A DNA stretch of 64,000 nt from Limnochordia bacterium (lineage in GTDB: Bacteria; Bacillota; Limnochordia; DTU080), in NCBI GenBank assembly GCA_050951545.1, contig JBMNJG010000002.1, forward strand, positions 1-64,000, read 5' to 3'. A program made the translations under genes and the position numbers. Position 1 is the first letter of the stretch, and each line of letters starts with the position of its first letter. Positions 1 to 9,291 of this stretch are shown piece by piece. The notes under the pieces are model-generated. The model did no database searches. It was given only the letters and a program-made list of their open reading frames with translations, and was not told the DNA's origin.

Positions 1-138
1 AGCCCCCAAACGCAAAGGGTCGGCCTTCGCGAGCTCAGGTATGTAAGTGGCTACACGGCCCTGGCCAAGCACTGCCTGAGCCCGCTGAAAAGCTTGCCCC
101 AAAGCGAAGGACAACCTCGAACTGCACTCTTCGCCCAT
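1..138 (-). CDS. glsA: Glutaminase A, 5' end (runs off window start)
   Basis: Not in the ORF track. Manual translation from ATG 138 gives MGEECSSRLSFALGQAFQRAQAVLGQGRVATYIPELAKADPLRLGA, matching the glutaminase N-terminal G(K/R)VAxYIPELAKxDP motif. GAGGAGG RBS upstream. Confidence 0.85.
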   Translation of the reverse strand, partial: MGEECSSRLSFALGQAFQRAQAVLGQGRVATYIPELAKADPLRLGA

Positions 139-335
139 GGGGGTCTACCTCCTCGACTTCCGCCTGCCTAGCTGGTGACCGGCACGCTTGCTTCTTCGTG
201 CGCGCTGTTCACCAGCTTCGCTGCCAGCTGCCCCAGGTTCTAGTTTGCCCAAGATGCAGTGTCGGCGCATAGCTTCCGGCTACCCGATGGAGCGAGTGTG
301 CTTGTGCCTTGAGCACCGATTTGCGCAAGACCAAT

Positions 336-363
336 AGAATACCTGTATTCTGAGGTATATAAT
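336..363 (+). promoter_or_regulatory. Putative -10 (TATAAT 358-363) with upstream palindrome AGAATAC-CT-GTATTCT
   Basis: Perfect 7-bp inverted repeat at 336-351 in the divergent intergenic region between glsA and ORF 401. Confidence 0.4.
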
Positions 364-400
364 GGTCTCACAACTTTGACCTCACCTGAAGGAGGTACCA

Positions 401-1936
401 ATGATGCCTCATAGTCTGGCCTCGCTTGCCCTCGCGATCTGCCTGGTGCTTCATGCGACTCCTTGCGCCGCTTCCACGAAGAAAATCGACAAGTTCATCT
501 CGATTCTGGAGGAGAGAGGTTTCACGGTCCAAGAAGGCCGATTAAGCGTCTTCAACGTTCTGGAGCTATGCAGTGCGGGCTACCTCAACTACTGCTTCGG
601 GAACAACGCAGGATTTCCATACGCCATCTATAGGCTCCCCCCGTCTCTCGGGCAAGACCCCTCACCGCGTCAGGACCCTCCTGTGGGATACGATCCTGAC
701 TCTCCCGATAACTTCCCTGCCAATCTCGACACCATCCCAGCGGGGATGACTTACAAGCTACGGCCAGATGAGGCCATCGTTTTGATCGGGACGACACCCC
801 CCCAGGCCCGCTACTTCAGCTTCCGCAGCTATCTTGGGTTTGTCGAGAACAAGCCCGGGAAAGACTACACTGGCGTTCCTACTTTTGGAGATGACAAAAT
901 TGGGTGGTATCATAGAATGTACTGTAGCCTGGGCGACCCACTAAACCACCTGAATATGTGGACCAGTAACACACCTGGTGGGGCCGCGGGAAACGCCTTC
1001 AGCAGTGCCACAGTCCTGATAACCACCGCCGACGAGAGTATCAACCAGATGATGCGAAACGCACTCACCACGGCTGGGTACAGCCCGGATATCATCAACG
1101 ATGACAACATCCCCCCAGCTCTTGTCGACATGGGGCTCGAAAAGGGGAAAGACACGTTTGTAATGGTCATGAGGGCTGCGCTGTGGGACCAACCAGACAC
1201 AGGCCGCAAGTATCTCGACAACCTGGACGACTACATGCGGGTGTTCCGCATAACGCCAAACACGCCCGTCGCTATCCAGGAGCCATGGCCCGTGCCAGCC
1301 CTCAGAGTCAGGGAGACTGGCATTTCCGAGTACGCAATCGTTCCAAACGCTGTCGCTGACCTGGAACACCTAAGAAAAGAGATCCTCCGAAGGCATGGCA
1401 GCCGAGAATTCAGGCCAGTGCACCTCGACACGAACATCTGGCTCCCGGAAGGATATACGGGCATTTTCCGCGACGTAGACCTTCTCGCTGAAGACAGGGA
1501 CACCACCTATCTGCGAACAGACTTCCTGCAACTGGCCACCGACGATGACTTCGTGATCGTATACGGGATAAACCACGAGCAGACCAGGAAAGCGATATAC
1601 AGCAACTTCAGCTTCTACGGCGTGGAGCTGCTCAACGGCGTAGCCGGAACCAACAGTGCAGAATACGCGAACTCTGCGGCTGATTATTTCCCGCCTGGGT
1701 ACGAGAACGCCAAATGCTACTACGTCTACAAGATCGCAAGACGCGCTCAGGACGGCGAGCCATGCGTCATTGTGCCCTATAGCACAGGCAACCCCTCCGG
1801 GAAAGCCTTCGGAGTCGACAACAGTAAAGACGCTTTCATTGCTTTCAGGGCCTACATCGATGCCAGGACCCAAGTCGGGCCATCACTCTTCGAGCTGATC
1901 TGGGATCGTGCTATCCTCTTTACCAAGGCGCCCTAA
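401..1936 (+). CDS. Secreted hypothetical protein, 511 aa
   Basis: Long ORF, GGAGG RBS, hydrophobic signal peptide. PPQARYFSFRSY motif is loosely reminiscent of DUF1214/1254-like proteins; no firm family. Confidence 0.8.
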   Translation: MMPHSLASLALAICLVLHATPCAASTKKIDKFISILEERGFTVQEGRLSVFNVLELCSAGYLNYCFGNNAGFPYAIYRLPPSLGQDPSPRQDPPVGYDPDSPDNFPANLDTIPAGMTYKLRPDEAIVLIGTTPPQARYFSFRSYLGFVENKPGKDYTGVPTFGDDKIGWYHRMYCSLGDPLNHLNMWTSNTPGGAAGNAFSSATVLITTADESINQMMRNALTTAGYSPDIINDDNIPPALVDMGLEKGKDTFVMVMRAALWDQPDTGRKYLDNLDDYMRVFRITPNTPVAIQEPWPVPALRVRETGISEYAIVPNAVADLEHLRKEILRRHGSREFRPVHLDTNIWLPEGYTGIFRDVDLLAEDRDTTYLRTDFLQLATDDDFVIVYGINHEQTRKAIYSNFSFYGVELLNGVAGTNSAEYANSAADYFPPGYENAKCYYVYKIARRAQDGEPCVIVPYSTGNPSGKAFGVDNSKDAFIAFRAYIDARTQVGPSLFELIWDRAILFTKAP

Positions 1937-3192
1937 AGCAGATCACTCAACCAAGCTTGGGCCTGCCGTTGCATATCTTTCCATATGGCCAAGGGAGCCT
2001 GTTCGTATAGGACCTTATCCAAGCCAGGTGTGACGAACATCTTCCGCATGTCGTCAAAGTGTGGAGACTTCATAGGGGCGGGCATCGCCATCGACATCGC
2101 TTCAAAGGTGATCTTCCAGCGCGGATCGGTATTCCATGGCGCGTAGCCCAGAACAGAACGCCGTGGAGCAGCCACCCCTGTGGCCCGACCCGCGCTGATG
2201 GCACTCTCTGAAGAAGACGCGTGAGCAATCCAGTCCCAGGCCTCCTGTGGATAGGGCGTCGTATTGATAATCGCCCAGGAGTTCGGCAGAAGCAGTTGGG
2301 TCTGGCGTCGGTGCTTTAGTGGCAGAGCGACTCCGATGTCCTCGTTAGGAACGCTTGCCGACTGGTACATCGGAGAGATGTAGGTCTGAGACGCATAGGT
2401 AATGGCTGCCTGGCCTTTCTTGAACTCGCCGCCGCCTTTCGCTGAGATATGAGCTACATGGAACAGGTTGCTCATATACTCGAGGGCCTCCATGCCCGGA
2501 TTCTCTGCGAAAATGATCCGAGTGAGGTCTTCAGACATGTAGTCACCACCAGCCTGGAACAGGAATGGCGAGTAATCATGGAAGTGACTGCTAGTCTCAA
2601 ACCCCTGGCGGATCATCGCGCCTTCGCCATTGAAGCGCACCAGACGTTTGCCATACTCCACCAGTTCGTCCCACGTAGCCGGAGGTCTGTCGGGATCCAA
2701 ACCAGAATCAGCAAAGAAGCTCTTGCGGTAGGTAAGCGTGCGAGAGGCCACCACAAAGGGAATCGCCAAAAGATCGCCACGCATCGTCACCGCCTCGATG
2801 GCCCCCTGCGGGAAATCCGCCAGGTCCCTGCGCCAATTGCGCGTGTAGCTGTCCAAAGGCAACAGCATCCCATCGTAGCTGGCAATACCACTTCCCAGCT
2901 GAATTACGTCTGGCGCTGCCCCGCCCGCGTAGCGTACGGCGATAGAATCCACGCCCCAGTTTCCTAACTGTAGGTCGATCTTGACATCAGGATAGCGTGC
3001 TTCAAACTTGGTCACAGCGTCTTCTTTGACATAGGCGACATAGGGAGCTGTGGTCTCCGCGAGATAGACCTGTAGAGTGCAACGGGCAGCCATCGCAACG
3101 GGAATGCTCATCAGCGCGAACACCAGAACCAGCGAACACACCAACCAGCGATAGCCACCTATCCGCCTTCGAGATGCGTTTAGTACACACAT
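1933..3192 (-). CDS. Sugar ABC transporter solute-binding protein (family 1)
   Basis: Signal peptide (VAMA-A); FEARYPDVKI, GGAAPDVI, YRKSFFADSGLDPDRPPATWDEL, EAWDWI motifs. Start set at ATG 3192 behind GGAGG. Confidence 0.9.
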   Translation of the reverse strand: MCVLNASRRRIGGYRWLVCSLVLVFALMSIPVAMAARCTLQVYLAETTAPYVAYVKEDAVTKFEARYPDVKIDLQLGNWGVDSIAVRYAGGAAPDVIQLGSGIASYDGMLLPLDSYTRNWRRDLADFPQGAIEAVTMRGDLLAIPFVVASRTLTYRKSFFADSGLDPDRPPATWDELVEYGKRLVRFNGEGAMIRQGFETSSHFHDYSPFLFQAGGDYMSEDLTRIIFAENPGMEALEYMSNLFHVAHISAKGGGEFKKGQAAITYASQTYISPMYQSASVPNEDIGVALPLKHRRQTQLLLPNSWAIINTTPYPQEAWDWIAHASSSESAISAGRATGVAAPRRSVLGYAPWNTDPRWKITFEAMSMAMPAPMKSPHFDDMRKMFVTPGLDKVLYEQAPLAIWKDMQRQAQAWLSDLL

Positions 3193-3381
3193 AGACCGTG
3201 CTCCTCCCTCGGTCATGGTCTGCACTCAGGAAGTGAGCAGGCGTATCCCTTCGGAGACCTGCCCGCATTCCACTGCTGCGCATCACAATTTTTCTTTGTC
3301 CAGCACAATACTCCTCTATTAGTCACTGTCTTTTGGTAATGCGCCAACACTACATCGTCCGCACGCGTGGCCGTGCATGAC

Positions 3382-3421
3382 AAAAAAGCTGTGGCCCTTC
3401 ATACGGATGAAAGGCCACAGC
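3382..3421 (-). terminator. Intrinsic terminator after SBP 3444-4787
   Basis: GCTGTGGCC..TTCAT-ACGG-ATGAA..GGCCACAGC stem, with A6 on the + strand (U tail on -). Confidence 0.8.
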
Positions 3422-3443
3422 CACATGCACCGTGAGACCAGAG

Positions 3444-4787
3444 CTACCGCCCGCTCCCCTTCTGCGCCCAATACTCATCCAACAAGCGCTGTGCTTCATT
3501 AAAGTAACGCTCTAGAACCACACGAGCTGGTTCTGAGCCATTCCAGGCGTTGCGTAGGAACTCGTTTTCCAGTGGTAGCCATACCCGCGGTTCAACGGGA
3601 GTGAAGGTGATCGGCTTGCTACGCTGCATCGCCTCAATCATCATTGGCCAGTTGGGCGTCAGGTTAAAGTAGCGGCGGTCGAGGGTAAACTTGCGCACAG
3701 GCGAAGGCCGCTTCTGCTCGAACATGAACCACCAGCCACCCACTTCGCTTGTCGTGAGCCACTTGGTGAGAAGCCAGCTCTCATAGGGGTTTTTCACACC
3801 TGTGGCGATCCCGTAACCCCAGCCACTGACCTGTGCCAGCCATGTCTCGGCACCTTCATTGTGAGGGATGAGACCGACGCCGATGTCGAGATCGCGACTC
3901 TCCTGCTCAAAGATGAAAAGCTGCCACACGCCACCGATCTGCATGGCTCGTTTTCCCTGCGAAAAAGCGCCTCCCGTACGACCAACGTACTCCGAAATCG
4001 CAGCAGGTCCACCATTGACCTCATGTGTGAAGTTCATCACCCATTCTACGGCCTCAATGCCCTGAGGCGAGTAGAAGCTGTAGCGTCTGGCATCAGGGCG
4101 CGCATACTCACCGTTGTTTGAGTGCAGCCAGGAGATAAACCAACGGTCCCCTCCACCGCGAACGTCCACACCCAGCATTTCCAACTTGCCTTCGCCACTG
4201 AAGCGCGACAAACGGCGCCCCAGGGTTGTAAACTCCCTCCATGTCTCAGGCAGTTTCTCCGAATCAAGACCAGCCTCTGCCAGCAGGTTCTTGTTGTAGT
4301 AGACAACGCCATTGGCACCAGCGCCGGTGGGCATCGGCAACACATAGGTCTTCCCCTGCCAGAGACAGGTCTGGAACTCGCTCGGGAAAAACATATCAGG
4401 GCGCACATCCCTGTCTTGCGCCATGTAGGTGTCAAGAGGCATGATGAGTTGGCTCTCGGCCAGAGCAGGCACTTCATGACGGCCAATCATCATTACGTCC
4501 GGTGGTGCACCACTAGCCACAGCGGTGACAAACTTGTCATAGCGCTGACCACCATCCACAATGACATGCTCGACATGAATGCCCGGATGAGCCACCTCGA
4601 ACTCGTTCACGATTCTGTCCATTAGGGGAATCCTTGTGCCGCCCCAGATAGTCCACAACTGCAGAGTGACCCGTGGGCGTTGCTCCGCAGCCCAGCCTAC
4701 GGGCGTGATGAACAGGCAGAGTAGCAATGCCAGTACACTTGCCCGTCGAACACACCGAATTCGATCACGGAAGACGTCACTACGCAT
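3444..4787 (-). CDS. Sugar ABC transporter solute-binding protein (family 1)
   Basis: Signal peptide; FEVAHPGIHV, ASGAPPDV, YYNKNLLAEAGLD..LPETW motifs. Confidence 0.92.
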   Translation of the reverse strand: MRSDVFRDRIRCVRRASVLALLLCLFITPVGWAAEQRPRVTLQLWTIWGGTRIPLMDRIVNEFEVAHPGIHVEHVIVDGGQRYDKFVTAVASGAPPDVMMIGRHEVPALAESQLIMPLDTYMAQDRDVRPDMFFPSEFQTCLWQGKTYVLPMPTGAGANGVVYYNKNLLAEAGLDSEKLPETWREFTTLGRRLSRFSGEGKLEMLGVDVRGGGDRWFISWLHSNNGEYARPDARRYSFYSPQGIEAVEWVMNFTHEVNGGPAAISEYVGRTGGAFSQGKRAMQIGGVWQLFIFEQESRDLDIGVGLIPHNEGAETWLAQVSGWGYGIATGVKNPYESWLLTKWLTTSEVGGWWFMFEQKRPSPVRKFTLDRRYFNLTPNWPMMIEAMQRSKPITFTPVEPRVWLPLENEFLRNAWNGSEPARVVLERYFNEAQRLLDEYWAQKGSGR

Positions 4788-4829
4788 TCAGGCTACCCCC
4801 GTTCTCTTCTGAACTCGCGGAGGACTCGT

Positions 4830-6689
4830 TCATGAATAGACGCGAATCTCAAAAAGACGAGCGTGATCCACCCCCCAAGCGCCCAACGCCTCAAGCTCCA
4901 GACGATCACTCGCCACCGTCTCATCGAAGCGGATGCGGAGCTTGCGCTGGTAGTTGCCGCTGATCTTCTGTGTTGCCACTACCCTGTCTTTCCGGTACAA
5001 GCGGAGGACAAGATCGCGTAGCGTCTCGGGTTGAGGTGCCCGAATACTGTTCTTGGCCACCGCTTCTGACATCGACAGCCGTAGTTCACGGTGTAGGCCT
5101 GTATCTAAGGTAAGCTCGATCAGAGAAACGTCCTGTGGTTCTTGCCAGACGAGCGACAAACGCTGCGGCCATCCTGCCTCAGAAATCCACATGTTCTCAC
5201 TGCCCGGCAAACGCCGGCTGATGCCATTGCTGACCTGCGCGGGCTCACCACCATGGGTCCAACTGGAAGCAGACACCGCAGCCGTTCTTGCCAGATCCAG
5301 CGGATCGTCGGCCGCCATTTCCACCAGATACGCATCGTCTCGTATGAGTCGCTGCTGAATCTGCCGTATCCACGGATCCTGCAGACAAACGCGTGTAGCG
5401 GGCAGATCATGTATGGCCGCTATCCCTGCGGCTGTTCCAGCAGCCTGCCCCATTAAGGCGCAGGTGCCCATCACACGGGTGGAACCGAAAGCTACGTGAC
5501 TTGCGCTGATGTTGCGCCCGGCCATAAACATGTTCACGACGTTGCGCGAGTAAAGACAGCGCAGTGGTATGGAATAGGCTTTGTTTAGTCTCACTGCGAA
5601 ATTGGGCCGCTCGTCAGGCCGATCAATTCCTTCAGGCACATGCACATCGATGGGCCAGCCACCATAGGCCACTCGATCCGCGAACAGAGGGGCCTCCTGC
5701 AGGTCGCGCTGAGTCAGAACGTGATCTCCATAGAAACGGCGCGACTCTCTTTTTCCAGGTACAAAACCGATCCAATCGAGAGCCCAGTTATCTGCCCCAT
5801 GGTCACCGCCATTCTTGATGTGATCCCACACGCCCAAAGCGATAGCCAGCAGCTCGTCGCGGATCACTTCATTATCTTTGATGGTATCGAGCTGCCCACC
5901 CCACTCGATCCACCAATGCCCGTAGTCCAGTCCCCTATGGCTGCGGTGTTTCAGGTCTTCCTCCGTGAAGTTGCGGACCCAGCTCGGTGGCATGAAGGGC
6001 ATCGGACGATCGTAACAGCGCGCAGTGAAGGTAATCGAAGAGCCAAGAACCTTACCATCACCCTTGGCCACTGGCGCTAACGGCTCGTCATAGTCGCTTT
6101 TTCCTTCCCGCCCATACCGGTAGTCAGCCCCGGCTTCAAAGCCCAGGCGTCCGTCGCCAGTGCAATCGATGAAGTACTTTCCGGCGATCCTAAACGACTC
6201 TTCTGTCGACGGGCGGCTCGCCAACACATAACGAATACGCCGTACCGCTCCAACCGGATCCACGCCCTGTGTGCCACTGGTCACGAGGTCCGACGCAGGC
6301 GGCAACCTGTCATCTGCCACCACAGCTCCATCGCAGATGGTATTGAGCAGCAAAGTGATATTTGCTTCGCGCTTCACCGCATCCCAAAGCACCAGATCCC
6401 AAACATGAGCCGAGCGCTGAGGATTGGCTACGGCCTCTTCTAACTTGAGTTCTTCGATGATGCCTGTCTCGCGGTAATCCAGCCCATCTCGCCGCCCGTG
6501 CATCAAAGCCTCTGCCCCGGAAATATGCATGCGAATCTCGCTAGACGAGTTGCCGCCCAGAACTGGTCGGTCTTGCACCAGAATGACTCTACAGCCAAGC
6601 CGCGCTGCCGCTAGGGCCGCACAGACACCACTGAGACCTCCGCCAGCTACCACAACATCTGCCTCTAGTTGCTGTACGTGTTGCGCCAC
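4830..6689 (-). CDS. FAD-dependent oxidoreductase (FAD_oxidored family) with C-terminal discoidin-like domain
   Basis: DVVVAGGGLSGVCAALAAARLG, QDRPVLGGNSSSEIR, IDCTGDG, GKRESRR, AGRNISASHVAFGSTRVMGT. Start set at GTG 6689 behind GAAGGAG. Confidence 0.9.
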   Translation of the reverse strand: MAQHVQQLEADVVVAGGGLSGVCAALAAARLGCRVILVQDRPVLGGNSSSEIRMHISGAEALMHGRRDGLDYRETGIIEELKLEEAVANPQRSAHVWDLVLWDAVKREANITLLLNTICDGAVVADDRLPPASDLVTSGTQGVDPVGAVRRIRYVLASRPSTEESFRIAGKYFIDCTGDGRLGFEAGADYRYGREGKSDYDEPLAPVAKGDGKVLGSSITFTARCYDRPMPFMPPSWVRNFTEEDLKHRSHRGLDYGHWWIEWGGQLDTIKDNEVIRDELLAIALGVWDHIKNGGDHGADNWALDWIGFVPGKRESRRFYGDHVLTQRDLQEAPLFADRVAYGGWPIDVHVPEGIDRPDERPNFAVRLNKAYSIPLRCLYSRNVVNMFMAGRNISASHVAFGSTRVMGTCALMGQAAGTAAGIAAIHDLPATRVCLQDPWIRQIQQRLIRDDAYLVEMAADDPLDLARTAAVSASSWTHGGEPAQVSNGISRRLPGSENMWISEAGWPQRLSLVWQEPQDVSLIELTLDTGLHRELRLSMSEAVAKNSIRAPQPETLRDLVLRLYRKDRVVATQKISGNYQRKLRIRFDETVASDRLELEALGAWGVDHARLFEIRVYS

Positions 6690-6963
6690 GCGTGCTATCA
6701 CTCCTTCGCTCATCCATAGTCCCGGCATGAGCGCCCCTCTTTTGTGGCCACCGAGCGCCCAGGCCGCGACTCCTTCTGAGTCCAAAAAGCCCTACTTAAT
6801 GACTCTTGAGGGACTACTTTCCCTACAGGGAGGTTCTTTCCCTCTGAAGATCCTTCACCGCTGCAGTGTCGACATGAGCGCCGCTCGCAAAAAAGAACGG
6901 GAGGAATTCTCCCCCCGAAAAGCCCCTCCTGTCAGGTATGCGGGCCGCAACATCTCGGCTTCG

Positions 6964-7527
6964 TCAGTCGCCAGACACACGCGGCTCGAGTGTGCCCTCG
7001 AGCTCGTCCAGGCGCCCCTCTATTTCCCCAATACGTTCGTTGATGCTTTTTCGTTCCCGCCGCCGTTCGTAAGCTTCCTCTTGCACACTGACGTTCACGC
7101 GTGTTATCTCATTGGCCACAAAGCGTACGAAGTGGTCAGTTTTGCCCGCGAGATAATGAATGCCCTCTCCCATCTTGCCCAGCTCGGTGCGCAACTCACC
7201 CATGTCTGCCCGCAGCTCAGTGCGCAACTCACCCATGTCTGCCCGCAGCTCAGTGCACAGCTCGTCCATGTCTGCCTGCAGCTCAGTGCGCAACTCGTTC
7301 ATGTCTGCCCGCAGCTCAGTGCGCAGCTCGTCCATGTCTGCCCGCAGCTCAGTGCGCAGCTCGTCCATGTCTGCCCGCAGCTCAGTGCGCAACTCGTCCA
7401 GCGTTGTGCCATATTTCGTCTCCAAGCGCTGGGTTGATGCACGCGTTTCAGCCACTACGCGTATAAGCTCAGCCATTTGCCTGTTCAGGGTGTCTAGCGG
7501 GTCCACAGCGTTCTCTTCCTTGCTCAT
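6964..7527 (-). CDS. Coiled-coil protein with 11-residue repeats (MDELRTELRAD x ~6.7)
   Basis: ATG 7527 behind AAGGGGG; 187 aa, helical and charged throughout. Confidence 0.7.
   Translation of the reverse strand: MSKEENAVDPLDTLNRQMAELIRVVAETRASTQRLETKYGTTLDELRTELRADMDELRTELRADMDELRTELRADMNELRTELQADMDELCTELRADMGELRTELRADMGELRTELGKMGEGIHYLAGKTDHFVRFVANEITRVNVSVQEEAYERRRERKSINERIGEIEGRLDELEGTLEPRVSGD
7181..7400. repeat. 33-bp tandem repeat, ~6.7 copies (coding VNTR)
   Basis: Unit AGCTCAGTGCGCARCTCGTCCATGTCTGCCCGC starts at 7181, 7214, 7247, 7280, 7313, 7346 and 7379; no spacers. Confidence 0.95.
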
Positions 7528-7735
7528 AACAGAGAAGCCCCCTTCGCTATAGCCTGAGCTGACTGGCATGATTATCCTACCATGCAAGGCATACCCGCAC
7601 AAGACAGACTCTGACTTGGAAGCATAAGCCAGGACCGCCTCGCAGCAGGATAACCTCTGCACGGTCTTGAATTCAGGAATGTTGTGTTGATCAGCCGCAT
7701 CTGTCAACCGTACAGTGCAGGAAAGGACGATTACC

Positions 7736-8548
7736 TTGCGGATACGGATCATAGGTAGCGCTGCTGCCGAAGGATGGCCAGGTATGTGGTGCAACTGCGA
7801 CGCATGCCATCGAGCCCGTTCAGCTGGCGGCAAGAACATACGCAGTCGCTCAGGAGCGCTAGTCGACGACACGCTGAAGCTAGACCTGTCGCCAGATACC
7901 TACATGCAAGCCCTTCGGGACAACCTTGATCTGTCACGCGTAACCGATCTTCTGATCACCCATGCCCACTCAGATCATCTGGCCGCCAACGAACTGGGCT
8001 TCCATACGCCTCCCTTCGCCCATGATAACCCCGCGTTACATGTCTGGGGAGGCGAGCGGGCTATCGAAGTCGTCCGAGCTACCACGTCCAGATGGCCCGA
8101 GCAGGAAGCGCGCCTGCACGTCTTGACTGCTTTTGAGCCAGTGCGCTTAGCTGACGGCACTTATGTCATGCCCCTCGAGGCTTCACATGCGCGTGACTCC
8201 AGCCCGCTCAACTTCATCATCCGGCGCGACGGGAAGACTCTATTCTATGGGATGGACTCGGGCTGGTTCCCAGAAGCGAGCTGGCAAGCCCACGCAGGTC
8301 ACCGCTTTGATGTGGTGATCATTGATTGCACTATGGGCAATTTGCCGCCCTCATCAGGACATGGCACCCTAACTGAGGCCGCACAAATCAAAGAGCGTAT
8401 GCTGGCTGAAGGTACTGCCCATGCTGAGACTCTCTTCGTGGCGAATCACTTCTCGCACAACATCCAGCTGCTCCACCACGAGATCGAGAAGTGTTTTGCG
8501 GACACCGGGATTGTCGTCGGCTATGATGGGATGGTTATCGACGTATAG
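7736..8548 (+). CDS. MBL-fold metallo-hydrolase (PhnP-like)
   Basis: GSAAAEGWPGMWCNCDAC, RSRSGALVD, THAHSDH, NHFSH, GYDGMVI. TTG start behind AAAGGA. Confidence 0.88.
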   Translation: MRIRIIGSAAAEGWPGMWCNCDACHRARSAGGKNIRSRSGALVDDTLKLDLSPDTYMQALRDNLDLSRVTDLLITHAHSDHLAANELGFHTPPFAHDNPALHVWGGERAIEVVRATTSRWPEQEARLHVLTAFEPVRLADGTYVMPLEASHARDSSPLNFIIRRDGKTLFYGMDSGWFPEASWQAHAGHRFDVVIIDCTMGNLPPSSGHGTLTEAAQIKERMLAEGTAHAETLFVANHFSHNIQLLHHEIEKCFADTGIVVGYDGMVIDV

Positions 8549-8571
8549 AAAGGTCTTCAGGTGAGAGCCAC

Positions 8572-9291
8572 ATGCCAATTGTCATCTTGCAGGATGTCCA
8601 CAAAACCTACCCACTCGGAAAGACGGAAGTGCACGCCGTCAAGGGAGTGAGTTTCGAGATCGAAGAGGGTGATTTCCTCTCGATCATGGGGCCTTCGGGT
8701 TCAGGGAAGTCTACGATACTGAACATGATCGGCTGTATTGATACCCCTACCTCAGGCACAGTCCTGATCAATGGCCAAAACACGAAGACGTTGGCCGATC
8801 GGCAGCTGACACGGCTGCGTCACCAAGTACTCGGCTTTGTCTTTCAGTCATTCAACCTGATACCCGTACTCAACGTCTATGAGAATGTGGAGTTTCCTCT
8901 TTTGTTGGGTGACTCTGCAGCAGACAAGGCCGATAGACGTGAGTGGATCGACCATCTTATCGAGTCGGTGGGACTGGCCGAGTGGCGCACCCATCGCCCC
9001 AATGAACTGTCGGGTGGCCAACGACAACGAGTGGCTATCGCTAGGGCTCTCGTCACCAAACCACAAGTGGTGCTAGCAGATGAGCCGACTGCCAACCTTG
9101 ACTCCAAAACGGGTGAGGTCATCATCGAGTTAATGAAGAAAATGAATGCCGAGCTCAAGACCACCTTTGTCTTCTCGACGCACGACCACGACATTATGGC
9201 CATTGCCGACCACATCATCCGTTTGCAGGACGGGCAGGTGGTCGAGAACACCCGGCGATCGGTATCGCCGGCGCCAACGGGGATGTCGTAA
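8572..9291 (+). CDS. ABC ATP-binding protein, LolD/MacB-like
   Basis: GPSGSGKST, GFVFQSFNLIP, ELSGGQRQRVAIARAL, LADEPTANLDS. Confidence 0.95.
   Translation: MPIVILQDVHKTYPLGKTEVHAVKGVSFEIEEGDFLSIMGPSGSGKSTILNMIGCIDTPTSGTVLINGQNTKTLADRQLTRLRHQVLGFVFQSFNLIPVLNVYENVEFPLLLGDSAADKADRREWIDHLIESVGLAEWRTHRPNELSGGQRQRVAIARALVTKPQVVLADEPTANLDSKTGEVIIELMKKMNAELKTTFVFSTHDHDIMAIADHIIRLQDGQVVENTRRSVSPAPTGMS

Noticed and set aside
7181-7400. 33-bp repeats as a CRISPR array
   Set aside because: Units are contiguous with no spacers, are a multiple of 3 inside an ORF, and no cas genes are present.
6529-7552. Plus-strand ORFs (302, 121, 130 aa) over the repeat
   Set aside because: Shadow frames kept open by the stop-free repeat; the minus frame has an RBS and a sensible coiled-coil product.
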